NCBI GenBank assembly: GCA_044225505.1
Contig: JBGAIN010000028.1
Location: 1 to 64,000, forward strand
Direction of reading: 5' to 3'
From: Limisphaerales bacterium
Lineage (GTDB): Bacteria > Verrucomicrobiota > Verrucomicrobiia > Limisphaerales > SIBE01
Length of the DNA: 64,000 bases
Shown here: piece after piece, positions 19,622 through 28,868 of the stretch
Numbering within the stretch: the stretch's first letter is position 1
Layout of the letters: the number at the start of each line of letters is the position of its first letter
The notes under the pieces: model-generated
What the model was told of the DNA's origin: nothing
What the model saw: the letters and a program-made list of their open reading frames with translations, nothing else
Database searches by the model: none
Made by a program: the position numbers and the translations under genes

Positions 19622-20551
19622 ATGAAAATCATTCGAGCTGATTACTTGGGAATGTGCTTTGGTGTTCGCGACGCGATCGATCTGGCCGTCGAACGAAACC
19701 TAAAGACGCCACTCACCGTGTTTGGCGAGCTGGTGCACAATACGGCCGTCCTCGCAAACTTAAGGCGCGAAGGGATTCAGCTCCAGACGGACCCGGCTCG
19801 GGTTCCGACCCAAGACGTAATGATTACGGCGCATGGGGCTTCCACGCGCACGATCAACGAGTTGAAGGCCAGAGGGCTGCGAGTTGTCGAGGCCACTTGC
19901 CCGTTGGTACACCATGCCCACAAAGTGGTGCAGCGACTGGTTCGGGAAGGTTGCTTCCCGATTATTATTGGCAAGCAAGGGCACGCGGAGGTTCGCGGTC
20001 TTACAGAAGATTTGGCGGAGTTCGCCATTGTTCTTTGCGAAGAAGATATCGACGCTCTGAAGGAACGTCCCCGCTTTGGAATTGCTGCGCAAACGACGCA
20101 ACCTGTCGAGCGTGTGCAACTGCTGGTCGAACGCATTCGGCAACGGTTTCCTGCTTCCGAGGTTCGGTTTGAGGATACCGTCTGCCAGCCGACGAAGCAG
20201 CGTCAAATCGCCGCGATTGAATTGGCTAGAAAATGTGACGTCGTGATTGTGGTTGGAGGAGCACAAAGCAACAACACGCGCGAATTAGTAGGGACATGCA
20301 GTAGATTCTGTTCCCGAGTTCACCATGTGCAGCGTGCGGAGGAGTTGCGCGACCAGTGGTTCGATGATTGCCAGGTCGTTGGTATCACGGCAGGAACGTC
20401 AACGCTCGACGCCACGATTGCAGAGGTAGAAGCTCGGGTTGCGATCCTGACAGGATCGGCCGGGTCAGGCATTCGAGCGGAGCAGCAGGCACAAGAGGCT
20501 CACTCCGTTATACGAAACGTTCCGGTTAGCGAGCCAGCCTTTGCCGGCTAG
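19622..20551 (+). CDS. ispH: 4-hydroxy-3-methylbut-2-enyl diphosphate reductase
   Basis: GMCFGV, LVHN, AHG, ATCPLV, GHAEV, AQTT, DTVCQPT, VVGGAQSNNT, GITAGTST; three Fe-S Cys present. Confidence 0.96.
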   Translation: MKIIRADYLGMCFGVRDAIDLAVERNLKTPLTVFGELVHNTAVLANLRREGIQLQTDPARVPTQDVMITAHGASTRTINELKARGLRVVEATCPLVHHAHKVVQRLVREGCFPIIIGKQGHAEVRGLTEDLAEFAIVLCEEDIDALKERPRFGIAAQTTQPVERVQLLVERIRQRFPASEVRFEDTVCQPTKQRQIAAIELARKCDVVIVVGGAQSNNTRELVGTCSRFCSRVHHVQRAEELRDQWFDDCQVVGITAGTSTLDATIAEVEARVAILTGSAGSGIRAEQQAQEAHSVIRNVPVSEPAFAG

Positions 20552-20636
20552 CGAACGAGTTTGAGAGGATTCACTCCGGAGATGCCCCGCTGCAGGGCTT
20601 TCTGAGATCTGCGCGCCTCAAAAAGGCTGCTGAAGC

Positions 20637-21113
20637 TTATACCCAACTCGTCCCAACACTCTGACTCGTGAACTTGATGTATTCTTTGAGTCGGTTGATC
20701 ATGTCCACAAGGCTCACAAAGTTCGCCGGTTTTACGAGATACGAATTAGCGCCAAGTCCATAGGCCCGGTTGATGTCCGCGCTCTCCTGCGACGAAGTTA
20801 GAACCACGACTGCTAACGAGTTATATTCTACATGTTGCCGTATCCAAGCCAACACCTCGAATCCGTTCTTTCGCGGCATTTTCAAATCCAATAGCAGCAA
20901 CGCAGGAATCGGATGTTTCTCCCGATCCGAGAAAGGTGGGTCGCCCCTGAGGTAGGCAATTGCCTCTTCGCCGCTCGAAACGGTTTGCAGCGGATTGTCA
21001 AATTGCGCTTGATGAAAAGCGCGCTTGATGAGGAAAACATCATTTTCGTCATCCTCTGCAATCAGAATGACGGCATTAGCGTTGTTGAGCTGCCCTTCGC
21101 CCGCAGAAAACAT
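20637..21113 (-). CDS. Single-domain response regulator (Rcp1-like)
   Basis: ILIAEDDENDVFL, LLLLDLKMPRKNGFEVL, LTSS, AYGLGANSYLVKP; start uncertain. Confidence 0.9.
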   Translation of the reverse strand: MFSAGEGQLNNANAVILIAEDDENDVFLIKRAFHQAQFDNPLQTVSSGEEAIAYLRGDPPFSDREKHPIPALLLLDLKMPRKNGFEVLAWIRQHVEYNSLAVVVLTSSQESADINRAYGLGANSYLVKPANFVSLVDMINRLKEYIKFTSQSVGTSWV

Positions 21114-21254
21114 GACCCAAAGAACAGCACAAGCGGGTGTTGGTTGCCATCGGTGCGGCTGCTGAAACCGCAATAGTGGAATCTATCACCCGACAGCTTC
21201 AAAGTCAGTCATTTTGCACGTGCTTTTTCCGAATCTCACGCTTAGTTTACCGGC

Positions 21255-22625
21255 ATGCTCATCTGGACTTTGGCTCTGCTCCTTTTCGCAATTGCCGGAG
21301 CTTGTGGTTATAAACTCGGCGCCGTCCGTTTTGCCATCTCTTTGATCGGACTGATTGCTGCGACGTTCTTGGCGTTGCCTCTAGGCCCCTATCTCAAGTC
21401 TGTCGTGCCATTGCTCGGGTTGAAGAATCCGATTTGGGTGGCAGTGGTTCCACCATTACTCGTCTTCCTGATCATCTACGCCGTCTTTATTGGAATCTCG
21501 TTCTTCGTTCATCGCAAGGTCGAGCTCTACTACAAGTACAAATCTGATGATCGTGAAAGAATCAGCTGGGAACGCGTCAATCACGCTTTAGGCCTTTGGG
21601 TGGGCGCTGCGATGGGAGGAGTTTGGCTATTGTTGATTGGGCTTGTCGTATACGTCGCTGGCTACTTTACCGTTCAGGTCACCACCGATGAGACCAATTC
21701 TCTGCCTGTCAAAATGCTGAGCCAAGCGCGCCAAGATCTCCACTCGACGGGTCTTGAAAAAGCAGTAGCACCCTTTGATCCGATGCCTGCCCGGTACTAT
21801 GAGGCCTCCGACATTCTGGGCACGATTTACCAGAATCCGATCCTGATCAGCCGCTTAACCCAATACCCTCCATTTCTCCTCTTTGGCGAACGAACGGAGT
21901 TCCAGGAACTGGCCAATGACACCGAGTTTAATCAGATGCTCCTGAGCAAAGCGGATGCGATGACCATCGTCAAACATCCGAAACTCCAAGCGATCCTGCA
22001 AAACGCAGATATTGTCCAAGAGCTTCTGGGGCAGGATCTAAAAGACCTGCGTACTTACCTCGAAACCGGCGTGTCTCCCAAATTCGAAGAAGAAAAGATT
22101 CTCGGAAAGTGGAAGTTGGATCCGTATGCCACAATGGCTCAAGAACGGAAGCGCCATCCCGACATGTCTTCCACAGAGATGCGACGGCTGAAGACCGTAA
22201 TGACAGAGATTATGTCAACGGTGACGGTGGTGGCGACCACTGACAAGAAGGTCAACCTCAAAGCCGATGGAGTTAACGACAAACTCAACGCTCTCTTTCA
22301 ACCGGCGGCGCCAAAGCCGGCCGCGGACGCTCAGCCAGCTGCAGCAACTGTTTCACCTCAGGTCGCCCAACGGTATGGGCTTGGAGCACGAGGGGGGGCT
22401 CGGCCTGCGGCCCAAGCTACGGTCCCAGTGGCCGTGGCCAAACCAACAGTGATCCCTTACCAAGTTCTTTCTGCGCAAGGCGCCTGGGACCGGGAAGGCG
22501 ATAAATATCAATTGAAAGTTCAAGACGAAAAAGGCAAGGGAGAAACTTTGCAGGCCTCCGCTGACGACGACCGGTTAATTGTCAATACGCCGGCGGTCAT
22601 CCTCGTCTTCGCGAAGGCCGACTAA
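21255..22625 (+). CDS. CvpA (colicin V production) family membrane protein with long C-terminal extracytoplasmic extension
   Basis: Four N-terminal TM segments in a CvpA-like layout (GYKLGAVRFAISLIG...VNHALGLWVG), then about 300 aa soluble with an Ala/Pro-rich linker. Confidence 0.75.
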   Translation: MLIWTLALLLFAIAGACGYKLGAVRFAISLIGLIAATFLALPLGPYLKSVVPLLGLKNPIWVAVVPPLLVFLIIYAVFIGISFFVHRKVELYYKYKSDDRERISWERVNHALGLWVGAAMGGVWLLLIGLVVYVAGYFTVQVTTDETNSLPVKMLSQARQDLHSTGLEKAVAPFDPMPARYYEASDILGTIYQNPILISRLTQYPPFLLFGERTEFQELANDTEFNQMLLSKADAMTIVKHPKLQAILQNADIVQELLGQDLKDLRTYLETGVSPKFEEEKILGKWKLDPYATMAQERKRHPDMSSTEMRRLKTVMTEIMSTVTVVATTDKKVNLKADGVNDKLNALFQPAAPKPAADAQPAAATVSPQVAQRYGLGARGGARPAAQATVPVAVAKPTVIPYQVLSAQGAWDREGDKYQLKVQDEKGKGETLQASADDDRLIVNTPAVILVFAKAD

Positions 22626-22658
22626 AATTCTTACCGCCCGGCGAGAGGCTTTCGCCGC

Positions 22659-23147
22659 TTACCGGGTCGGAAGCAAGAAACTAGTCCCTTCGACACGGAA
22701 ACTCGCAGGGACGAAAGTCGCAGAATTTGGTTCCGAATAGAAGCTTAGCCGGGTCGCGGAGAGCGGCGACGACGCGGGAGCGACCGGGAAGCTGCTTTGA
22801 GTGAACCCTTCGGGAAACAATATGGGCGAAGCGGGACTTGCGGCGAGCCAAGGCCCAGCACCCGATGGCGATGCCGCCAATTCTGCTTCAAATACTTGCG
22901 ATAGACGCACCCCCATCAAGAGCAAGCTTGATACGGCTACACCGTAAGCACAAACCAACGCGGGGCGAGCATCAAATCGATTGATGAACCAAGTCCACCA
23001 GGAGGGGTAGGCCGGCGCTTGTTCTGTTTCGATCCTCGCGATAACATGGTCGGAAAATGACATGAAGTAACCGGGCGGCGGTTGCTCGTACTTCTTACAG
23101 CGGAGCAGCTTGAGAAGTTGATCGGAATTGTTTTCCGGAATGTTCAT
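22659..23147 (-). CDS. Putative anti-sigma factor (single TM)
   Basis: 1 nt downstream of the ECF sigma gene; LLKLLRCKKYEQPPPGYFMSFSDHVIARI followed by one TM helix. Confidence 0.75.
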   Translation of the reverse strand: MNIPENNSDQLLKLLRCKKYEQPPPGYFMSFSDHVIARIETEQAPAYPSWWTWFINRFDARPALVCAYGVAVSSLLLMGVRLSQVFEAELAASPSGAGPWLAASPASPILFPEGFTQSSFPVAPASSPLSATRLSFYSEPNSATFVPASFRVEGTSFLLPTR

Positions 23148-23148
23148 G

Positions 23149-23769
23149 CTACTTCAAAAAGTCAGATAAATGTGCCTGTAATTGCTGTCGAGCATAAAAC
23201 AGTCGAGACCTTACCGTGCCGGTGTTGCAATCCATGATCCGGCTGATTTCTTCATGCGACAGTCCTTGCACATCGTGCAAAGTGACAACTAGCCTATGTA
23301 CTTCGGACAACTTCATCATGGCTGCGTTCAATTTCTCCTGTAATTCCGTGAGACTGAGATCTCTGCGCGGCGTTTTCTCGGAGATCAACGCCACTAGATC
23401 GGGATCATGCTCGGCGTTGAAGTCGAGGTCATTGAGACTCATCTGCGTGCGCTTCTTCCGCTGTTTGAGGAAATTGATGGTCTTGTTAATTGCGATTCGA
23501 TAGACCCACGTGAAGAAACTCGAATCCCCTTTAAAGGATTTAAGCGCCCGAAACGCTTTGATAAAAGAGTCTTGCGCCAAGTCGTTGGCGTCTTCGTGAT
23601 TTGCCGTCATATGGTAAATCGTCGCGTAAATACGTTCTTGATAGCGACGAACCAGTTCATCATAAGCCGACAGATCTCCTTGCTTCGCGCTGGCCACAAG
23701 AGCTCGCTCCTCAGCCTGTTCACCGACAGGCGCCGTTGCAGGAGCTTGTAATGGTGCGATGGCAATCAC
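23149..23769 (-). CDS. ECF RNA polymerase sigma factor (RpoE/SigW-like)
   Basis: GDLSAYDELVRRYQ, DANDLAQDSFIKAF, SSFFTWVYRIAIN, LSHEEISRIMDCNTGTVRSRLFYAR. Confidence 0.95.
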   Translation of the reverse strand: MIAIAPLQAPATAPVGEQAEERALVASAKQGDLSAYDELVRRYQERIYATIYHMTANHEDANDLAQDSFIKAFRALKSFKGDSSFFTWVYRIAINKTINFLKQRKKRTQMSLNDLDFNAEHDPDLVALISEKTPRRDLSLTELQEKLNAAMMKLSEVHRLVVTLHDVQGLSHEEISRIMDCNTGTVRSRLFYARQQLQAHLSDFLK

Positions 23770-23782
23770 CGTGAACGCGCTG

Positions 23783-24835
23783 TTATGCGCTCATCCCTAG
23801 ACTATCAGTTAACTTCGCCAAATACTCCGTTAAAAATATCAATGCTCCGTGGCTTGCAGATTCCGGCAGCGTTCGCACCGCCCGCCGAGCATCGGCCAAA
23901 TATCCATGAATAACTGCGCACGCTTCGTTATGCGCCTCGTAGCGATCTAGCATCTCCAGAACTCGAGGCAAGTAAGCCGGGTTCCACGATTGAATATACT
24001 CGTTCAACTGGTTCTGATCCTCAAGACTGGCATTGGCCAAAGCCACCAAAACGGGAAGAGTCAGTTTTCCATTCGCGAGGTCGGTGCCGAGCGATTTCCC
24101 AACGGCTGCCTCGCTCCCAAAAAGGTCGAGACAATCATCGTAGATTTGATATGCGATTCCAAGCCGTAATCCAAACTGCCGCAGTGCTGCGCGATCCGCC
24201 GGAGAAGCGCCGCTGAGAACAGCTCCCAGTTCACAGGAAAGAGCAAATAGCTCGGCCGTTTTCATCTCCAGCACCTTCAAATACTCGGCCCGAGTAAACT
24301 CAAGATTGCGCCGCTGCTGCATTTGAAGAATTTCCCCGGCGCAGACCGTATAGGTCGCAGCAGCAACAGCCCGGCAGACCTCTGGGGTTGGGAAGCTAGC
24401 GGCCAACTTCAGGGCGTGTGCAAATAGACAATCGCCAACCAAAACCGAAACCTGATTCCCCCAATTGGCAGCTAAGGTCGGACGCCGCCGTCGGAGCGCG
24501 GCTTCGTCGACGACATCATCGTGAACAAGCGTTGCCACATGCACCATCTCAATAATGGTAGCGACAGTGATGAGTGAGTCGTTCATTTTGCCGGCAGCTC
24601 CGGCGCTGAGCGCGACGAGCAGCGGCCGCAGCTGCTTACCTTGGTTGCTCAAGGCGTATTGCGCGTATTGTGCAATCTCCGGATCAAACGCTTGGATTTG
24701 TGCCGTCAACTGTGTAGCCACTTGATTGAGAAATGGCTGGACGGGTTCTACGATCTCTTTCCAAAGAGATCCCGCCCGTCGCACTGGGGTAAGAGAACCG
24801 GCTGCTAAGGGAGGTTTCGTCTCTGGAGCAAGCAT
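23783..24835 (-). CDS. Polyprenyl diphosphate synthase (IspB/HepT-like)
   Basis: GKQLRP, LVHDDVVD..LRRRRPT, KTAELF, YQIYDDCLD, GKSLGTDL..GKLTLP. Confidence 0.95.
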   Translation of the reverse strand: MLAPETKPPLAAGSLTPVRRAGSLWKEIVEPVQPFLNQVATQLTAQIQAFDPEIAQYAQYALSNQGKQLRPLLVALSAGAAGKMNDSLITVATIIEMVHVATLVHDDVVDEAALRRRRPTLAANWGNQVSVLVGDCLFAHALKLAASFPTPEVCRAVAAATYTVCAGEILQMQQRRNLEFTRAEYLKVLEMKTAELFALSCELGAVLSGASPADRAALRQFGLRLGIAYQIYDDCLDLFGSEAAVGKSLGTDLANGKLTLPVLVALANASLEDQNQLNEYIQSWNPAYLPRVLEMLDRYEAHNEACAVIHGYLADARRAVRTLPESASHGALIFLTEYLAKLTDSLGMSA

Positions 24836-24844
24836 GGCGCTGTC

Positions 24845-24873
24845 AATCTAAGGTTCGGTCAAAATCAAGTCAA
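24845..24873 (-). promoter_or_regulatory. Putative sigma70 promoter of the polyprenyl synthase-sigma-anti-sigma unit
   Basis: Minus strand TTGACT-N17-TAGATT, 9 nt before the ATG. Confidence 0.6.
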
Positions 24874-25073
24874 ACCGTTATCCAGCGAGGTCGACGATTG
24901 AGTTTCACCTTGCTGAGATGCGTTCGTCACTATATCGCGAAATAAAGCATTCACCTTGCCAACGGCACGCCGCCGCATATCTGCAGCCCCTGCCAGCCAT
25001 CAATCGCCTCGATCTTGTCAATAAACCCTCCGTCCGCCAGGCCAATCAGGCCGTTTCACACAATTTTTGCGCG

Positions 25074-25102
25074 TTGACACCTCAGAACGCCAAAACTAAT
25101 CT
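25074..25102 (+). promoter_or_regulatory. Putative sigma70 promoter of rpsU
   Basis: TTGACA-N17-TAATCT. Confidence 0.7.
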
Positions 25103-25178
25103 CACTGCTCAGACTGAGAGGTGCCGATGGCGGTCCACGTCGACGGCAATTAGGTCATCGGAAGGATGTGAACATGCA

Positions 25179-25376
25179 TTGACGGAGATTAAGCTTAAGA
25201 AAGGCGAGTCAGTTGAAAAAGCGCTTCGCCGTTTGAAAAAGCGCATTGACCGCGAAGGCACGTTGAAGGAAGTCCGGAATCACCGGCACTTCGAAAAGCC
25301 CAGTGAAAGGCGCCGACGCAAAATGAAAATGGCACGGTTTTCAGCGATGCTCAGCGCCCGCTACGCCGATTTATAG
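25179..25376 (+). CDS. rpsU: 30S ribosomal protein S21
   Basis: TTG start after GGAAGGA; TEIKLKKGESVEKALRRLKKRIDREG...RHFEKPSERRR. Confidence 0.95.
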   Translation: MTEIKLKKGESVEKALRRLKKRIDREGTLKEVRNHRHFEKPSERRRRKMKMARFSAMLSARYADL

Positions 25377-25439
25377 TCGTCCCTTGTTCGCAAAGCCGAG
25401 TGCTGTTCAATCTATCTGGCACACTCGGCTCAATTTTTT

Positions 25440-26354
25440 ATGTATTCTTTGTCCAGCTGTTGGAATTCCAACCGACACACAGACGGTCGCGCCATGTTGC
25501 GCGAGATTCGGGATCTTGGGTTCGAATTCGCGGAGTTGAGCCACGGCATTCGCATCAGCCTGCTTCCCGGAATTATCGAAGCGGTTGATGCCGGTGAAAT
25601 TAAGATTTCAACGCTGCATAACTTCTGCCCCTTGCCCATTGGCGTCAATCACGCTGCTCCAAACTTATTTAAATTTACGTCGTTGGATGCTCGGGAGCGC
25701 GAGAACGCGTATCGTCATTCGATCAAGACGCTGGAAACGGCCGCCCGTCTTAAGGCGCAGTTGGTCGTCTTGCACATGGGGTGTATCGATATGAAAGACT
25801 ACACCGATCGCCTCTTGGATATGCTGTCGAACGGCGAAAAAGAGAGCTCGAAATATCAGAAGCTTTGCACGGAGGTTGAAGAAAAGCGCGAACAGAAGAA
25901 AGAGCGGCACATTCAGCTCGCGGGCGAAATGCTGACTCGCTTGACAGAGCAAGCACGCCGCTATGGGCTAAAGCTCGGCATTGAGAATCGCGAGGCTTTG
26001 GAGGAAATACCTTTGGAAAGCGACTTTGGATTCTTCTTTCGCGAGTTTGCAGACCCTTGTGTCTGCTACTGGCATGACACAGGTCACGCTCAGATTAAGG
26101 AGAACCTTGGCTTTATCGGCCACGCCATGCATCTGGAATCCATGGCTGAACGTTTGGCAGGCTTCCACATCCATGACGTGCAGTTTCCAGGACGCGATCA
26201 CTGTCCTCCTGGATCTGGTATGATTGATTTCGCAGCCCTCAAGCCGTTTGTTCGGCCAGATCACATCAAAGTGTTCGAACTCAACCCCGGAGTTCCAGTC
26301 GAGGACCTCAAAACGGGGGTCGCTCACTTGAAGTCGATCTGGGGCGAGGCGTGA
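25440..26354 (+). CDS. Sugar phosphate isomerase/epimerase (xylose isomerase-like TIM barrel)
   Basis: ELSH, LHNFCP, VVLHMG, LGIENR, YWHDTGH, FHIHD, DHCPPGSGMIDF, VFEL. Confidence 0.9.
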   Translation: MYSLSSCWNSNRHTDGRAMLREIRDLGFEFAELSHGIRISLLPGIIEAVDAGEIKISTLHNFCPLPIGVNHAAPNLFKFTSLDARERENAYRHSIKTLETAARLKAQLVVLHMGCIDMKDYTDRLLDMLSNGEKESSKYQKLCTEVEEKREQKKERHIQLAGEMLTRLTEQARRYGLKLGIENREALEEIPLESDFGFFFREFADPCVCYWHDTGHAQIKENLGFIGHAMHLESMAERLAGFHIHDVQFPGRDHCPPGSGMIDFAALKPFVRPDHIKVFELNPGVPVEDLKTGVAHLKSIWGEA

Positions 26355-27469
26355 GTTGGAAGCAGACTATTTCGAAAGCTAGTTGGCGGACCATTTTGAG
26401 CGTCGGCCTGCTCGCGTGGATTCTGCACTCCATATTCTTGATCGAAGCTCGACGCGCGGCGGCTGACGACGGACTCGTCTGGCAAAACCTGTCGCGTGCT
26501 TTCCAGTGGCGGCTGGCATGGACCCGGGGCCCAGGAGAGCTTTGGCAAACGATTCACCTGGTTGATCCTCTTGCGTTTGGGGTTTCGCTCTTGTTCATGG
26601 GCATGACTATCTTCCTTGGCTTGATCCGCTGGCGCATGGTGTTGCGCGTGCAAGGCCTGGAACTGCCATTGCTCAGGATTGCAGAGATCTCTCTCGTGGC
26701 ACATTTCTTCAATTCATTTCTTTTAGGTTCCACTGGCGGCGATCTGCTAAAAGCGTACTACGCGGCGCGTGAGACTCACCATAAGAAAACGGAAGCTGTG
26801 CTCACCGTTTTGGTAGATCGATTGGTGGGGCTTTTCAGTATGCTGTTGTTTGCCAGCCTGATGATGCTTCCTAACCTTGACTTGCTGGAACGACATCGTC
26901 GGCTAGCGGCGCTGGCTGGAATCGTCCTCATGATGATGGCGGGCTGCGGTGTGATCGCGGGCCTATCGTTTTGGGGCGGTGTATCAAAAACTTGGCCGCG
27001 TGCCCGTCAGTTGCTCAAGACCCTGCCGAAGAGCCACCTTGTTGAGCGGGCTCTGGCGGCGTGCCGCGAGTTTGGCCGGCAACCAGGTTTCCTGCTGCAG
27101 TCCTTAGGGATATCAATGGTTCTGAACGTATTCTGCGTCCTACAGATAATCGTCTTGAACCATGGGCTGCATCTCGAAGTGCCTGTGGTGGCATTGTTTG
27201 TGATTGTCCCGATCGTCGTCTACATTTCTGCTCTGCCAATCACTCCGAGTGGCTTGGGATTGCGGGAAAACCTCTACGTTTTAATGCTCGCTGTTCCCGA
27301 AATTAATGCCGCTCCCACGCGAGCCCTGTCGCTGTCGCTACTGGCTTACGCCGGCAGCTTGATCTGGAGTTTGATCGGCGGCTTTGTTTACCTGACCCGA
27401 CGCGATCGCGATCGGTTGGCGGAAATCACAGCGCCTGACAATACCCAGGAGCAGGTCCGCGACGCGTGA
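26351..27469 (+). CDS. Lysylphosphatidylglycerol synthase transmembrane (flippase-like) family protein
   Basis: RWRMVL, FFNSFLLGSTGGDLLKAY, VDRLVGL, LPITPSGLGLRE; GTGA overlap with the upstream gene. Confidence 0.9.
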   Translation: MSWKQTISKASWRTILSVGLLAWILHSIFLIEARRAAADDGLVWQNLSRAFQWRLAWTRGPGELWQTIHLVDPLAFGVSLLFMGMTIFLGLIRWRMVLRVQGLELPLLRIAEISLVAHFFNSFLLGSTGGDLLKAYYAARETHHKKTEAVLTVLVDRLVGLFSMLLFASLMMLPNLDLLERHRRLAALAGIVLMMMAGCGVIAGLSFWGGVSKTWPRARQLLKTLPKSHLVERALAACREFGRQPGFLLQSLGISMVLNVFCVLQIIVLNHGLHLEVPVVALFVIVPIVVYISALPITPSGLGLRENLYVLMLAVPEINAAPTRALSLSLLAYAGSLIWSLIGGFVYLTRRDRDRLAEITAPDNTQEQVRDA

Positions 27470-28797
27470 GTCAACCGCTTATGTCGGCCCGTTCCACCGC
27501 TTTCCAGATCGTCCGCCGACTCCAGGCCAATGGATTTGAAAGTTACTGGGTGGGTGGCTGTGTGCGCGACATGCTGCTCGGGCGTGACCCGACGGATTTT
27601 GATATCGCCACTGCGGCAACGCCGGAGCAGGTCGAAAATCTGTTTCCCCACACCGTGCCCGTCGGCAAGCAGTTCGGCATCATTCTCGTCGTTGATGACG
27701 GAATCTCGTCTCAAGTTGCCACGTTCCGATCCGACGGTCGCTATCAAGACGGGCGCCGGCCGGATCAAGTCACTTTTTCCACGGCGCAGGCTGATGCGGG
27801 GCGGCGAGACTTTACGATCAATGGCCTTTTCTTTGATCCGATCCGTGATCAGCTTTGGGACTGGGTCGGTGGAAAGCCGGATTTGGCCGCGCGCCTCGTC
27901 CGAACGATTGGGGCAGCTGAGGAGCGTTTCGCCGAGGACCGTCTCCGGCTGCTGCGCGCCGTCCGTTTCGCGGCGCAACTTGACTTTGATGTCGCTCCGG
28001 GGACTCTTGCTGCCCTGCGGGCCAACGCCGCAAATATTTCTGGTGTTAGTGCGGAAAGAGTCCGAGATGAACTTCTGAAGCTGTTCCGGCCCCCTCACGC
28101 GGCTGCGGGATTAGATTGGTTGCGACGCTCTGAATTGCTTCTCCACGTTTTGCCGGAAATTGCTGCAACGCTCACGTGCACTCAATCGCCGGACTACCAC
28201 CCGGAAGGAACGGTCTACAATCACCTGATCAAGATGCTCGGGCACCTGCCCGAGAACGCTCCCGAAACACTCCCGTGGGCCGTGCTATTGCACGATATAG
28301 CCAAGCCACAAACGGCATCCACAGACCCGGTCACGGGCAGGATCCATTTTTTCGGTCATGAGCGATTGGGGGCCGAAATGGCGGAAGCCCTTTTGCGTCG
28401 CCTGAGGTTTCCCCGTCACCAGATTGACGAGATAGTCACCTGTGTGCGGCACCATATGCAGTTCAAAGACGTGCCCCAGATGCGCAAATCGACCTTGCGT
28501 CGACTGCTCCTGCGCCCGACGTTCCCCCTGGAATTGGAACTGCACCGTCTCGACTGCTTAGGCTCTCATGGCGGGCTGGAAATTTACGAGTCCCTGCTTC
28601 GCGAGAGGGAGGACTTTTTGCGGCGGCCTGAGATTGTTCCTCCCCTGCTGACTGGCGCCGACTTGATTGGTCTCGGATTCCGTGAAGGTCCAGAGATCGG
28701 TAGAATTCTTGGTGAATTGCGCGAGAAGCAGCTGCAGGACGAGTTAACCACCCCGGACGAAGCCCGAGCCTGGGTGAATGAACAGATAAGGCGCTAA
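27466..28797 (+). CDS. cca: CCA tRNA nucleotidyltransferase with HD domain
   Basis: VGGCVRD...DFDIAT, RRDFTINGL, EDRLRLLRAVRF, AERVRDE, HPEG..LLHDIAKP. Confidence 0.92.
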   Translation: MSQPLMSARSTAFQIVRRLQANGFESYWVGGCVRDMLLGRDPTDFDIATAATPEQVENLFPHTVPVGKQFGIILVVDDGISSQVATFRSDGRYQDGRRPDQVTFSTAQADAGRRDFTINGLFFDPIRDQLWDWVGGKPDLAARLVRTIGAAEERFAEDRLRLLRAVRFAAQLDFDVAPGTLAALRANAANISGVSAERVRDELLKLFRPPHAAAGLDWLRRSELLLHVLPEIAATLTCTQSPDYHPEGTVYNHLIKMLGHLPENAPETLPWAVLLHDIAKPQTASTDPVTGRIHFFGHERLGAEMAEALLRRLRFPRHQIDEIVTCVRHHMQFKDVPQMRKSTLRRLLLRPTFPLELELHRLDCLGSHGGLEIYESLLREREDFLRRPEIVPPLLTGADLIGLGFREGPEIGRILGELREKQLQDELTTPDEARAWVNEQIRR

Positions 28798-28868
28798 CGC
28801 CAAAAAAAGAACTGCAAAACGCGCAGGCCTCACTATCTTGGCCCGGGCGCAGCGAAAGACTTTAGAGC

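Noticed and set aside
24918..25178. Long N-terminal extension of S21 in the ORF track (similar extensions at 18018, 19013, 1131, 10171, 53815)
   Set aside because: Extensions run through predicted promoters or neighbouring genes; internal starts fit family lengths
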